A DNA stretch of 64,000 nucleotides, taken from assembly GCA_030248215.1 (NCBI GenBank), contig JASANG010003005.1, forward strand, positions 372,001-436,000, read 5' to 3'. This DNA is from Enoplolaimus lenunculus. Its lineage: Eukaryota. Each line of letters begins with the position of its first letter. Position 1 is the first letter of the stretch. Of this stretch, positions 1 through 13,100 are shown piece after piece. The notes beneath the pieces were generated by a model. That model ran no database searches, was not told where the DNA came from, and was given only the letters and a program-made list of their open reading frames with translations. The position numbers and the translations under genes were made by a program.

Positions 1-851
1 ACGTTTGTAAAGCGAAAGTACATTCGCAACTGCAGTTTTTGTAAACACGTAAATTGCAGTTGCGAGCTCTCGGAAGTCGAACCTCGTATGGGTCGCGATC
101 GCGGCTGCACTTAATTCTGTCCGTGTAGTCCATTTCGGCATGACTGTATGCACTATACTGTGAAAATTAATATCGAATTTATTTTGCTGAACTATTGAGG
201 AATGACAAAATTGGGCAAAAATTTTAATTAGTCTTCAACTGGCGCACAATTTTTACATAGGCGTCGCAATCGACTCGTAGTATTTGGTTCTGATACATGT
301 ATGCTCGTCTAATAAGCAAACATGATAACTCCTGGTAGCTGGGAGCGAAGAATAAAATAAATTTGCACGAAACAAAAACGAATATGAAGTATAAAGATTT
401 TAAAAGTCTTGGTATTATAAAACTTCACTGACAAAAATTTTAAAATTACATTGATTTTTAAAAACTAAGCTACTCTTCTAAAAAATGCATACAATTGTAA
501 TAATCTTTTGACTGGTTGACACTGATATATCGAAATTTTACACTGTCAAATCAACAAATCGGCACAATACACATACTATCAAATGGATTTAAAGTATAAT
601 CAAAATCGGTCTCTTCCCAATTTGGATTAGCATGCGGACTAGAAGCTTTTCAGTAATAAATCAGCAAAACAACGCGACGACCACTGTGAGGATTCGATCA
701 GTGGAGTATCGGATGAATCGTTTACTATCACAGTTCGACTATAGCTTGAAACCGTTGGTTTAGCAGTATAGCTTCTTGTTTGCAAACAGTAGTGTGACGT
801 TCGACGCATGCCAAACTGCCCAGTGAATTACAACGCACTCAAAAGCAGCTA

Positions 852-2944
852 CTATAACGACTGTTTTTCATTGTTGGACATGGGTGCTGTCTCAACCTGT
901 TCAGTTTTAATTTTAGAAGTATCATTTACGTTTAATTTCTCAATGTCTGGAATACAGTTTGTCGTATTTTTTTCACTGCTAGCTTCAACTGCTTCCACAA
1001 TATCGTCCGGCACTACGTAGCTATGCTCGCATGCTGAAATAAGACAAAGCGAACGTTTGATTGTATAAGGGTTTTGAAGTATACCGTTCTCTAAAAATTA
1101 CCGAGCAAATCGGATTCTGAACTTGTTTCTAATAAATTGTAAATAAACAATATTTCACTAATTAGAGAAGTTAAAGTACGGCCGCAAAAATAAAACTTTC
1201 AAAATTTGCCGAATATAGGTCATAATAAATGTTGCAGAATTCATAGTTGACGCTAGGTTCAAACGCAATTGATCATTTATCGGAAGAAATGTTCGCAGAC
1301 TTGCCAACAAGTAACCGCTGTATACACAACTTTTGGGAAAGATGAATGGCGAAGCAATGAAATATGTAACAAATACAAGCTTTAGCAGATATACAAATAC
1401 TCATAATTTACCAGCAAACTGTTCAGGATATTGCTGAGATAGTGTGTTCTTGAACGTCCTACAAAAGTAATATATAAGTAAAAATCAAGGCATATTTTCT
1501 GCTGTTGCAAACTTTCTTAAGCTTTATTTGCCTATAACACTGACCGGATACCTAAAATACCGGAGCCGGAAGTTTAATAAGCGGCCTGACACCTATTATT
1601 AATTCATATCAAATACGTCGTGCTAAACGGCATTACGCGTCAAAGCTTAACATCCACACTGATGCATTTTAGCCCTTTAACAACGACCCTATTCCACTAT
1701 TCTACGTTTTGTAGTGCTGTATTCAGTTGCAATATTTGCTAGGCCCATGTAGAGATGTGCCGATTAATTGGCATCAGCCTCGCTAATAATCGGCACTTTC
1801 GTGAGTATCGGCATCGGCACTACAAAAAATTGCCGAAACTAACAGTGAGTTGGAACGGTATCAATTTCACTTCTTGTCGTATATCAATGTGTCTGATCAG
1901 GGAAATGTTATCTCTTTTGAGTTTGTGTTTGAAAAATTAATTGAAATGATCCGTTTTCGTAAAATAATAATCTTTTACGGTGGTACGGATTCAAGTCTTC
2001 ACACAATGATGTAATGTAGTATGCTATATGTTCTTTAAACATGGTGTACAAAAATTGGAATCGACGTCGGCATCGGCACATTTTAAATCTAAAAATCGGT
2101 TACGGTATCGGCTAATATTTCAGTATCGGCACATCTTTAGGCGAATATTACTTTTCAATGCGTCTAGTTTTTTCTTTGTGCTAACTATAAAACAGGATAG
2201 TGTTAGGGTAAAGGCTATTATTTTCGCTTAGGCTTATGCTTAGTTTTAGCCTCATTTTTCCGCTGAGGTATAGATATAGCATTAGGCTTAGAAACGGAAA
2301 TACGCTGAGATACTGTTAGCACTTAACACTGGTCGTCCTTAACGGTTTTCCAGCCTTCCTGTACCTCAGAAAGCACCAGGAAACCTGCGGTTGATATTTA
2401 TCTCTGGTTGTCTACAAATAGATTCATATATATACTACTGACTTTATACGACGAAAGATAGAATCCAAATCTTTCCTCATGTCTACTATCATGCCGCTAT
2501 ACCAATTCAATTCGCGTTTCGCTTGTTCCAGACGGGTGTTTGATAAGCTACAACACTGCCCAAGCATTTCGTTGGTTTTCTCGAACCGTACAAGGCTAAA
2601 ACGCAGTTAAATTATAAGCTATATAAAAATATGAACAAAGATATAATGTGCTTATGCCAATATATTTAGAACCGTACGTATTAATTACATTTTCTATTAA
2701 AGCTCACAAAACCGCGTAATCTCTGTGTCTATACTGTATCCATAACCATACCATAACAGTGTTTATCGAAATATATTGGATTTAATCACAAAACCTTAAT
2801 CAGATTGAGGTAAAGAACAAAAGCGTAACAATCATAAAATGCTTACGCATCACGTTGGGATTCCAAAATAGCATTTATATGTTCTGCATTAATTTGAGTT
2901 TCAATCGAACTTGTAAAAACCGAGCTAGCATCTGGGTCTGACAT
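852..2944 (-). CDS. KXD1: KxDL motif-containing protein 1 (BORC subunit), 4 coding exons, 159 aa
   Basis: Minus-strand exons 2944-2847, 2595-2443, 1458-1412, 1033-852 (98+153+47+182=480 nt), all introns GT-AG and in phase. Translation: MSDPDASSVFTSSIETQINAEHINAILESQRDALVRFEKTNEMLGQCCSLSNTRLEQAKRELNWYSGMIVDMRKDLDSIFRRIKTFKNTLSQQYPEQFAACEHSY...EKQSL*. RFEKTNEML and KDLDSIFRRI are the KxDL-domain hallmarks. Confidence 0.95.
1750..2139. mobile_element. TIR element with ATCGGC motifs in KXD1 intron 2
   Basis: TAGAGATGTGCCGAT...ATCGGCACATCTTTA terminal inverted repeats; subterminal ATCGGC repeats. Confidence 0.6.
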
Positions 2945-4111
2945 CGTTTATTAAACAATGGTAGCTGTTATGAAATCTTCAAATCTGTATCATGGATGTA
3001 GCAAGGAGTAAAGAGCTGCAATTTGCACAAGTTTCTTAAAAGCTGAAATTTGCACAAGATTCTTGCAGCTGTAATTTGTACACGTTTCTTGCAACTGCAA
3101 GTATTTGCAAGACACCATTTTCCTTCTGAATATTGACATATGAATAATTTGCAGACGACAGCAATAAAAAACGAGCGTAAGCTATGAGTTATCTCTTCAG
3201 CGAATGATGGTCAATTAATCTGGCTTGTAAGGCTATTCATGCGCTTGAATATATTTTTCGCATATTCAAAATGAATCAAGTGTGATATTTGCTGTAAGTA
3301 CATGATAGCTATATATTTATAGTGTTTGAACACGATCTATATTCTCAAATACGTTTAGGATCAATTAGTAGTAGCGGATAGGTTTTGAAACTAAAGAGCT
3401 ACTCCAAATGCGGAAATAAAAACTGTTCCTGAAGTAGGACAAATAAAATGCAAAAAAGTGCTGAATTTTGCACCTCGTCATTCATTTCATAACGGACATA
3501 TGTGGGCCGGAGCGCGTAACAAAAAATTTTTGTGCCATCAGCCAATGGTGTGTGACAATCGATACGTTGGCTATTTTCCTTTCGCAATAGGTCTCTCTGC
3601 CTGCCTAAGAGCTACGTTCCATGATACAACAGCTAATAAGCTTGTCAGCATTCTGTCACGAAATCTCTTCTAGTACTGAATCCATCTATTTCGGCAATGT
3701 TGCTGAAATGTAGTTTCCAGAAATAGCCGCTGCTTTCAGTATAAGTCCTATACCAATCAGAGTTGGTTGAATCTTTAGACACATATTATTTTTCATTTAA
3801 TTATCAAAGCAGTTTTGGGAAGTGGCGAAATGCAATGTATTTACTTAGCTAGTTGCATGAGTGTACCTCACGGTGATTTTTCATACGGTTTGCTTGTAAT
3901 AAATTTGTTTACAAAGATTCAGTTTAGCCGTAGGATGCTTTAGAATGTAACGTCTGAGTCGCAGCAGTAGCTGGTTTTTTATCTAGACTGGGTCTATATA
4001 TTTCCAGTGCTAGTTTCAGCATTAGCTGTGGTACGCATTTATTTGCGATAATGTACGATATATGTACCGACATATATAATATTTAAACGATAGATATGCG
4101 TTATAGTTAAC
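2945..4111. promoter_or_regulatory. Candidate bidirectional promoter / 5' UTR region between KXD1 and the 7TM gene
   Basis: Start codons are head-to-head 1.17 kb apart. Splice-acceptor-like sites lie just upstream of both ATGs (minus strand ~2965, plus strand ~4106). CCAAT occurs near 3542 and 3752. No transcription start can be fixed. Confidence 0.45.
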
Positions 4112-7100
4112 ATGGAGGATTTTTTGGACCTACTTTCGATGGACAGCCATAACGGCAGCCGCATACCGTCTAACAGTTCTGACATAAATGTCATGAATAA
4201 AAATTGTTTTAAGCAGTACGATGCTATAGCATGCTTGAGGTAATTACTTTTCGTTAACATGGAGCATGTATAAATTAGTTAAAATCTTGGTTTAAGATTT
4301 GTTGTTAATTATTATCTTTTGGCTTCGTTTTTTGTCAAAGAGTTGACTTTTTTTGGCTCGCGTTAGTGTTTACGTTTATATGGAAATGCTGCTCTGTTAA
4401 TGAGTTCGTACAGTGTTATCTTTTAGCTAATTTTTATTTGACGCTGTTTAAAAGTTTAAGCGATAAATTTGTTGAAATGATTTTACTTTGTTTTTCTGTT
4501 TGTTACAGGACGTCAGTGTTGTGCTTTTTCTATTTGATCACCGCATTGTTGTGCTGTGTAAAAGTTGGCCGACTTCATTTATACCACCACAAAGATTTCC
4601 ACTTTTATGCCATTTTCTATATTGCTATCTTTCAATGCGTGATCGGGTAAGATAGAATATGCGAAATGGGTTTTTATCTGAGTTACAAGTTTGATAACAA
4701 ACTATATGTGACATGTGGATGCATGGAGTCAAATAATAACCTCATGCTGATGCTGTACATCGGTAAAAACACTGCTGCATATGTAGTGCCTTCATATGCA
4801 GCAGCAGAAATCTATCGATCCGAGTTCGAAACCAATTGGGAGCGTCCCTCATTTTCAGCTGCTGAGAACTAAAAACTGACAGACTGTCGTACCCTAGCCT
4901 ACCCAACTTATCACATGGTGACCACGACTGGACCGCAATGGCAAACTGCCGCGGTAGAACCCAAAATACATAAGTTGGCGGTCAAGGGGCGACCTTGTAG
5001 AAAAACCGGGGGATGTGACATGCGGATGCATGGAGTCAAATAATAACCTCATGCTGATGCTGTACATCGGTAAAAACACTGCTGCATATGTAGTGCCTTC
5101 ATATGCAGCAGCAGTAAACATTGAAGAACCAAGATACATGTGTATAATGTTGAGGTTCTTATAAGGCACAAAAACAGAAAAACTCAGCAGTTGATTGTGA
5201 GGCGGCGTGGCTCAGTGGATAGCGCGCTGGACTGAAAATCTGTCGATCCGAGTTCGAAACCAATTGGGAGCGTCCCTTATTTTCAGCTGCGGAGAACTAA
5301 AAACTGAAAAAAAACTGTCGTACCCTAGCCTACCCAACTTATCACACTATATTCTTCCAATTCCGGGCTCGATATATAGAAAGTTTGCGTTGTCGGGTTT
5401 GTTAAGATAATATAGTACGTTGCATAGGTATGTATATATTACAGTGGTATCAGGTTGTTAGGTTGTTCTGTGTATTCGTGGTATTTTTGCTGACGGATTC
5501 TGGACCACACTTTTCATCTTACAAAAGTATCATTCTGGGTTATTTTAAAATATTGAAATGTGCAAGTGCGCAGACAAATAATATATCTAGCTATAACTTT
5601 ACCTGATATGACCCGTTGTATAATTGCAGTGCGTTGTGTATATTTGCGTCAGTTCTATATATTCGTACATATATAATGCTGTTGGTTGTTTTAGAAACTC
5701 TGAATGGGTTGTTGGATGGATAACACAAGCGTCGCTTGTATGCTTTTTCTTACGATCTATACAACTCATCATCGTATTTCATCATTATATTGTGATCTTG
5801 TTGAGATCTTTTCATTTTTCGACTTCAAAAGTGAATATGTAAGTTTTTCAAGTGCCTGCAGATTTATACCGTTATTATAAAAGTAGTATAGTTTATAGTA
5901 CAAGGTCAAATGTCGGGTGTCGGCTATGATTATAGCCGCGAACGATACCAGGGACCTGCATAAGTACTTTCTAAAATTAAACCGGATATCCGGCTCCATC
6001 TGAAAATCGACATACAGCTCCTGTATTACATAACCTGCAGGATATCTGTTCTGAAAATCTAAAAAAATTGAATTCTATAGCTTATTTTTAATTCGATTTT
6101 GATGTTTATATTACTGAGCAGGTATTATAGTTTGGTTGGTCCAATTAGTAAGTTTCAGCACTCAATTATTAAAATCTGTCACCATTTTTCTGTTACGAAA
6201 ACCATGTGTAGACTAATTATCCGATTCCGGAATTTTTTGGTATCCGGGTGATCCCTGGTGTTTATATATTTACCGTGACTACGTTCTGTAGTACGCCTTT
6301 TTCTAAATTAGGTATCTTTAACTTTGACGTTATGAGCTTTACAATAGTGAATTGTTTATGCATGATGTGAGAAAAGAAAAAATTTCGCGTTGATTTTATT
6401 TCTAGGTCGTCCTCTCCATTCCCTTTGATTTCGTTAGGGTATTTTACGGCTATATTTTTGGTTGGTATCATCACTGCCGAAGATCCATGGATCGATTGTT
6501 TCGGTAATTTAATTTGTTCAAATCGAAAAGAAAACTTCTCCATTCAAATCATCAGAATTTTCATTTTATGCTGTCCGACATTTGTACTATTTATATTCTA
6601 ACTAGAATAGACGATTTTACGAATTTCAAGCCAAATTATCGATTTCTAAATAAAAACTTATCATACTATAAATGCGAATCTGTCTGGCGTAGTATTTATA
6701 GTGTGATTTTCATCTACGTATTACTGAAGCACGGTTCGTCTTTTGAGTTTGTTTTAGCGCTTTATTGGATATTTTTGTGTTCTGGTCAAATGGTTATTGT
6801 ACAGTCGATAATCGTGGCATTGTGTCTGTTGTGGCGTCGAGTTAATCACATCTCACTTGAAGAACGGGTGAAACGAGCCCACTTGCGAGACCTTGCAATG
6901 TAAGTCATGCTAGAGTGTAAGATTCTGCAAATTTTTTTAAATTTTTAGATAGATTGTTTCTTTTGGCGGTAGAGCTCAACTGGACACCAAAAAATTTAAT
7001 ACCGGAACCGAAGCCGGAACATTTAATGGAGTTTTTTCGAAAAAGTAAAAATGAATCACGCTTATTTAGATAAAACTGTTTCTGCTGGAATGTTACTATT

Positions 7101-10100
7101 ATGTGAGCTTTTTGAAGTGGTTTATTTTTCATTTTGATCAAAATTCACAGCGAATGTGTTTTTGTATCTTTATATTTAAAAAGTATTTCAGTTATTATAT
7201 GTATTTCAAAGAAGATATTTCACGTGGTAATCTGTTGAGGTTCCATCAGAAATATATGGTCTTGAATGAATCACCTTCTTTATATATACGGCGATATGAT
7301 ATTATGTATTTTGTTTGTTGAATTTTTAACATTTTCAGTGGTGAAGCATATATGTGTGGGCATGCAGGCCGTATTTTGTTGGAGATGAAATATTTTTTAT
7401 TTTTACCAACATGTACATATATAATATCGTGTTTTACAAACTGAGTAATACCAAAGGCGTAAAAAACATAAAAATCATTATATGGAGTTTGTTTTGGTGA
7501 ATGGAAAAATCTGAAATAACCTTCATGGTATGTCTATCCTACGTAGTTGATGTCAAATTATATTAGTAATAATTTGTGTATATTTTGAATAAACCATCCC
7601 ACCGGCCCATATGTATAATTAGGCCTCGGTTTCTAGTAAGAAGATTGCCGCCACGCTGAACTGTTTGTTACTTAACCAGGGTAAGAATTTTCTTCCGTTT
7701 TATGTTTTTTATATTTGCAAAATATGTTGTTGAATTTTACAACCCAATATGTTTGCCAAAACATTGCTGTGAGACGTACAAAGTGTATTTATCAGTTTTT
7801 GGCCACGTTTGCGCATGTGTGGTGTACTGTGTTGGTGAATGTTTGAAGGTTCGCTGCATTAAAATTGTAAACAGTAGCGCTGTACGATAAGCTGGGGAAA
7901 CGCTATAACGTTTATATATATTATATTATATATTATTTATATATATATATATAGAGAGAGAGAAGATAGAGATAAAAATAGATAGTGGTAAATGAAACTA
8001 GCTCGCGACGTACGTAGCTTACAAAACTTCAGAAAAAATGTTGGAAACGCAAACACTCTGTACAGTATGTTGCAATTGTTGGGACAGCTGAGCTATCTGT
8101 ACTACAGATGGTATATCAGCTGTTTTAACCAAACTTAACGTTGAGCATAGTATACAATGTGTTGTTTCGGGATTGTATCAGATGTCGTGCTTAGTAATTG
8201 ATATTTTGATTACCTGCAGCAGTGTCTGAGCAGGCTAGGGTGGGAGCTCCCCCCAAATTCCAGGGTGGGGGCCCTCAAACTCGCGACCGAGAATCCAGAC
8301 GCGTTAGGGTGGGCCCCCCCAAATGGATGGTATGGGGGTTGGCTGCTCCGGCCATGACCTGTAATTAAGCACATGCTGGCCTCATTGCATTTTCTAGTGG
8401 TGGGAACCTCGCATCCAAATTATTATTTAGCAAAATGTGCTGGATATCTGGATAAGTTATTTTATCCAGTATCCATTACTAGTAAGTCGCACATGCAGTA
8501 CGTATATACGTGACTAATTTGTGTTGTACGTACACATACATACTTTATTTTTTCTTCAACTGGACTAATTTTTGATTAATTGAGAGAAAGCGATGGAATG
8601 CAACATATGTACGGTATTTATACGTTTGACCTTGACGAATAGACGAATACGGATGCGATACTGTTTTTATGCCGTATTGTTCATACTACGAAAATAAACT
8701 AAAATTTCACAACGTTGCTTGGTATTTCGAATATTTTTGAGACTGAAATGAAAATGTTTCAATTCGCTGTTGCGTACGTACTGTTTGGTGTGTTATGTAG
8801 GTTCCGATCCATAGCCAACTCATCATTGCTCGAGTGTGTTGCGAAACGGTTTCAGCTGCGGCATAAGGTTGGTGTGTCACAAAACATAGTAGTAGGGCAA
8901 CAACGTTTCTTGACGAACCAAATATTGTCTACGGGTCTGCGTTCCCCTGTAGCTACGAACCCGTCGCAGTATCAGTGTTTTGTACGAAATCGCAGTTATT
9001 TGTTCGTTAGTTGCAGTCGCTGACGCTCGCACGTTATTGCATTATGAGTATTGATTTGAAAAACGAATTGCACGCTGCCGTTTTCAAGGTTTGAAGACAA
9101 TTAGTTTGCACATCACTTGATTGTATTATTGCAAATTTGTCTCCAAATATGACAAAGTAAATATATATTAAGAATTTGCGAATACGTTCATGTGCGCAAC
9201 TTTGTCTGTTCCATGTGAACGGAATGTAGACTGATTTTTGGGATATATGTACGTACGTTATTTCAGGGGTTGTAGAATAAATGTGAGTTTGAAGGGGTGA
9301 AGTAATATGTTATGGATGGACGGACTTGGATGGAAATTCCTGCATCAATTTTTGTCACAAAGGTCCAGATAAAATTAACATTTTGTGGTGTATATAAATA
9401 CACAAATGGTGGGGCTGGCTTCTCTTTCGCGCTGCTGAATGAAAATGTAAAACACTGCGGCTAATAATAGTATCTGTGTTATAGTCAGTTAACAGTGAGT
9501 TGTTGGGTACCTTTTTGGTGTTTTGATGACAAAAGAAGTACTCACGTTCATGTTGTGTCGCTTAATCTCAAAACGAAAAACACTAAATTTGTCGGTCATT
9601 TTTTGTTGAAAATTTGGCCCACGTTACGTTAAGGGGCGTCCAGGTTGTTAAGGGGCGTCCAGGTTTCTGGTAAGTCCATAAAAGAGTAGGTTTATATTCT
9701 AGATTACATTTTTTGCTTAGGCTTAGGCTTGGGAACTCATTTTTGCAACACTTAGGCTTAAGCTTAGGAATACGTTTAATCTACTGTTACGCCCCTTAAA
9801 GTAACATTGGCCGAAAATTTTGGCATGTAATATTTAGTCCTTGTTAGGTCAGACTCAAACAGCACAGTCTATTTCGATTAATATAATCTCTGTTACATGA
9901 TTTCAGCAGATGTCGTTTTTGTGTACATTAAAGCTTTACTCGAGACTGTAGTACGAAGCCTCAGTAAAACTGGCTATTAATTACTCCAAAATCTCTAATG
10001 TCACTCAGTGCTTTTGATTTGTATTAGGGTGCAAACCGGAATTCCGATTGAAATTAGAATTCAGATTCAAACCGAGTTCTGATTTCGATTGCACGATCGA

Positions 10101-13100
10101 TCGGATTCGGATTTTTGAAATTTAATTGTGATCCTGCTTGTTGCGATGTTGCGTTAAAATTCTCTCGATCTCAACATGTAAACAAATAAACCTACCGTTT
10201 TACTTTGAAAATAGCAACAATTGGTTGTATTTTAGCTTTACAGAACCATAAAAGCATCGCCAATTTGTTATCTCAGCATCTAAAATAAAACTGCCGTTTG
10301 ATTTTGAAAATAGCAATAATTGATTGTATTTTATCTTTATAGAATCAAAAAATCATCGCCAATTTGTTGTGCGACGTTTCTGAAAATTGTTGCCAGCCAA
10401 TAGAGGCTCTAAATCAATATATTTGTTACGTAATACAAGTAATCCGTATAATCACAAAGGTTGTAGTTACCGATTCCGATATAATCCAGTTTCCCTTTGC
10501 ACATTGATTTATATATGGAAGTTTCCGTAAAGCCAACGAAACTGACTGCAGTGTATTTATTTTTGTTTTTTAGGCTAGGCGTATGTTTGGAACTTTCGTG
10601 TTTGCTAGAGTTCTGTTATCATTTGACACTGTGGAAACGTAAGTTTTTTATAATTTATATAAGAGTTATTTAAAGTTATTGTAAATGTTAGTTTATGGTA
10701 GCATATGCATGGTTTTCGTGTTTTCTTTAGTCTTCAATCTACGTCTGCTAAGTAGGTGCGTGATATTTGCAACGAAATATGCGCCGAATTATGAAAATGT
10801 TGTCTAATAATCAGAACTTTGTTTGCATCAGAACATGACAGTCACTTTTTTAATATATGCTTAATGTTTAAAATTTGGTTTGCTACATTACCCCTTATAA
10901 ACAGTGTGTTACTGGCGTTTCGCGAGCCCAATCTCGAGCGAGTCTATCTTTTTCAAAGATACCGGTGTGATAATTGATGAGCGGCGAAAGCTTTGTAGAA
11001 AATGCCGGAGGAAAAGCCGAGGCAAAAATTTTTGAATGTTTTGGAAATTTTTGTATATTTTAGCAATTTTGTTGCATTTTTAGACAAGTTTTTGCAAAAA
11101 TTTGTTAATTTTGAACCTTAAAGATAACGCTACTCCATGTTTCGTTATTTCGGATTTTATAATTATAATTAGTAAACCTGGGCGATTTTTTCGCGTGGTG
11201 GGCTGAACATGATGAATTTGTCCGAATGTGGGTAGGCGTTCGCTCCCATCAGCGAAATACCACTGTTATCATTACGTTTTCAGTCGGAAATGAAGAAATC
11301 GGTTGCAGTGGAATTTTTGTAAGTAGTTTGCATTTTGTCTTTATGTTACTAGTAAGAAATAGCACGGATTCATCACGAAGAGAAATCTCGGGACCCGTAG
11401 TTGCTAGCAGAAGGCACCTTTCGATAACTACATTGAACAACAGCTAAAAATCCGAGCAGGTTGAATTAACACATTTTTCAAATTTTTGAAATGGTAATCA
11501 TTTCACATTGCTGGCTGGCGCAAATGGTCGTTTTCCAGCCTGATCTCTAATAATAGTATTTTTTACACAATTTTCAAGTGTCTGTTTCTTAAGACCATTA
11601 AGCCCTATTCACACGTGCAAGTTTTTGCTGACAGAACTTTCAGTTGCAAATTACATGCAGAACTTGCATTTTTTATCAACCAATGAGAAAGCGGCTGCAA
11701 TAAATTCAGTGAACTTGCATGGTTGTTCAAACATGTGAACTAAATTCCCAGCTTTGATTTTTAATGAATTATATTTGCAGCTGCAAGGTTTTTGAACTGG
11801 ATTTTGGACAAAACTTGCAAATGCAAGTTGCAGCTGCAAGTTCTCGCAGTAAAAAATTGCACGTGTGAATAAGGCTTTACCAAAGTATTATGTACGTATG
11901 AAAAAACAATTTTTTAATTCGATCCTTGGATTGTGCGATTTCTTCAAATCAGGCTTTCGAAAGTGTTTTTAGTATCTGTTTTGATACTTCGACTGTTGTG
12001 CCAATATGTGTGTGCATAGTTTACTATTTTGTTTACTTCGTAATAATTATATATAGTTTATTTTTCAGAAACATCGCCAAGTATATTATTCGTACGCTAA
12101 AGTCGTCCTTGAGGTAAATGTCTGATTAATTGCACGTATTCTGTCCATTGGCAACATCTGTAACAGTGCAGCTGTTGTATATGACTGTTTAATAGATGGT
12201 TTTAACCTAAATTTGCTCAGAACGCGTGCGCTATCTTGAACTAACAGCTGGATGTTTTTGCAATTTTTGTTTTGTAATTTTAAAGTAACGCTGTGTTACG
12301 TTAATGTTTACTAAGATTAATTGGAGAACTTTTTATAGTCGTTTTAAAGATTGCTGTTTTTTGGCTCTGAGTAAAACATGATTGCCAAATACTGATACGA
12401 ATCTAATGTGTATATAAGTTGGTTTTAGATGTTTAAGATTTAAGGAATTTGCTGCATTTGCGTAGCATATAACAGTGTCTGCTAGACATTAATCTGTATG
12501 ATTTGAAAAAAATTTATGCATATATAGAATTTGTTTGTATTATTTTAGCTTTTCTCATTCCTTGTGCCAACGTGGGTATTTCTTTGGGTGTTCAGTGCAA
12601 CTGAGTCTTCTCATGAACGTTTAGTTGAAAGTGTAAGTTCAAGACAGTGTTGTTATGAGTAGATTCAGTTTAAGCGTAAATGTAAATCTATTCGTCAACC
12701 TAAGGGAAAGTCATGCATTTTGTTCGGGTCTCGGTCATTCCCGAGATTACGTCAAGTGGATGTTTTAGCTTTTTGACTTAATTGTTTACCATGCTTTAAT
12801 GCTGTATCAGACAGTGTCGAGCAACAGATATATGCATACGGAATAGGTAGAAATTTATTAGTTTAACAGTTGTTTTCGTGTTCCCAGTGCTATGCCATTT
12901 GTTTAGTATTCATATGTTGTTGCTGCAATAGCCTGTGTGCTTTAGTGGGTTGCAAATCATTCGGCATACTTTGCGGCTTAGTCGTTATTTAGAAAACTAC
13001 CAATAAATTTAAGTCCTAATAATATAAATATTGTGTGTATTTGTTTATTATATTGGATTAAATTTTCACTTCAGGTTGATTCGGATAACCCTGCAATGCA

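Noticed and set aside
808..1020. Plus-strand 70-aa ORF
   Set aside because: It is the antisense shadow of the last KXD1 exon.
4745..4804. Hammerhead ribozyme (CTGATG...AAAC followed by a stem)
   Set aside because: The core reads CTGATGC and TAAAAAC instead of CTGANGA and GAAA in both copies, with no UH cleavage site and no closing stem I.
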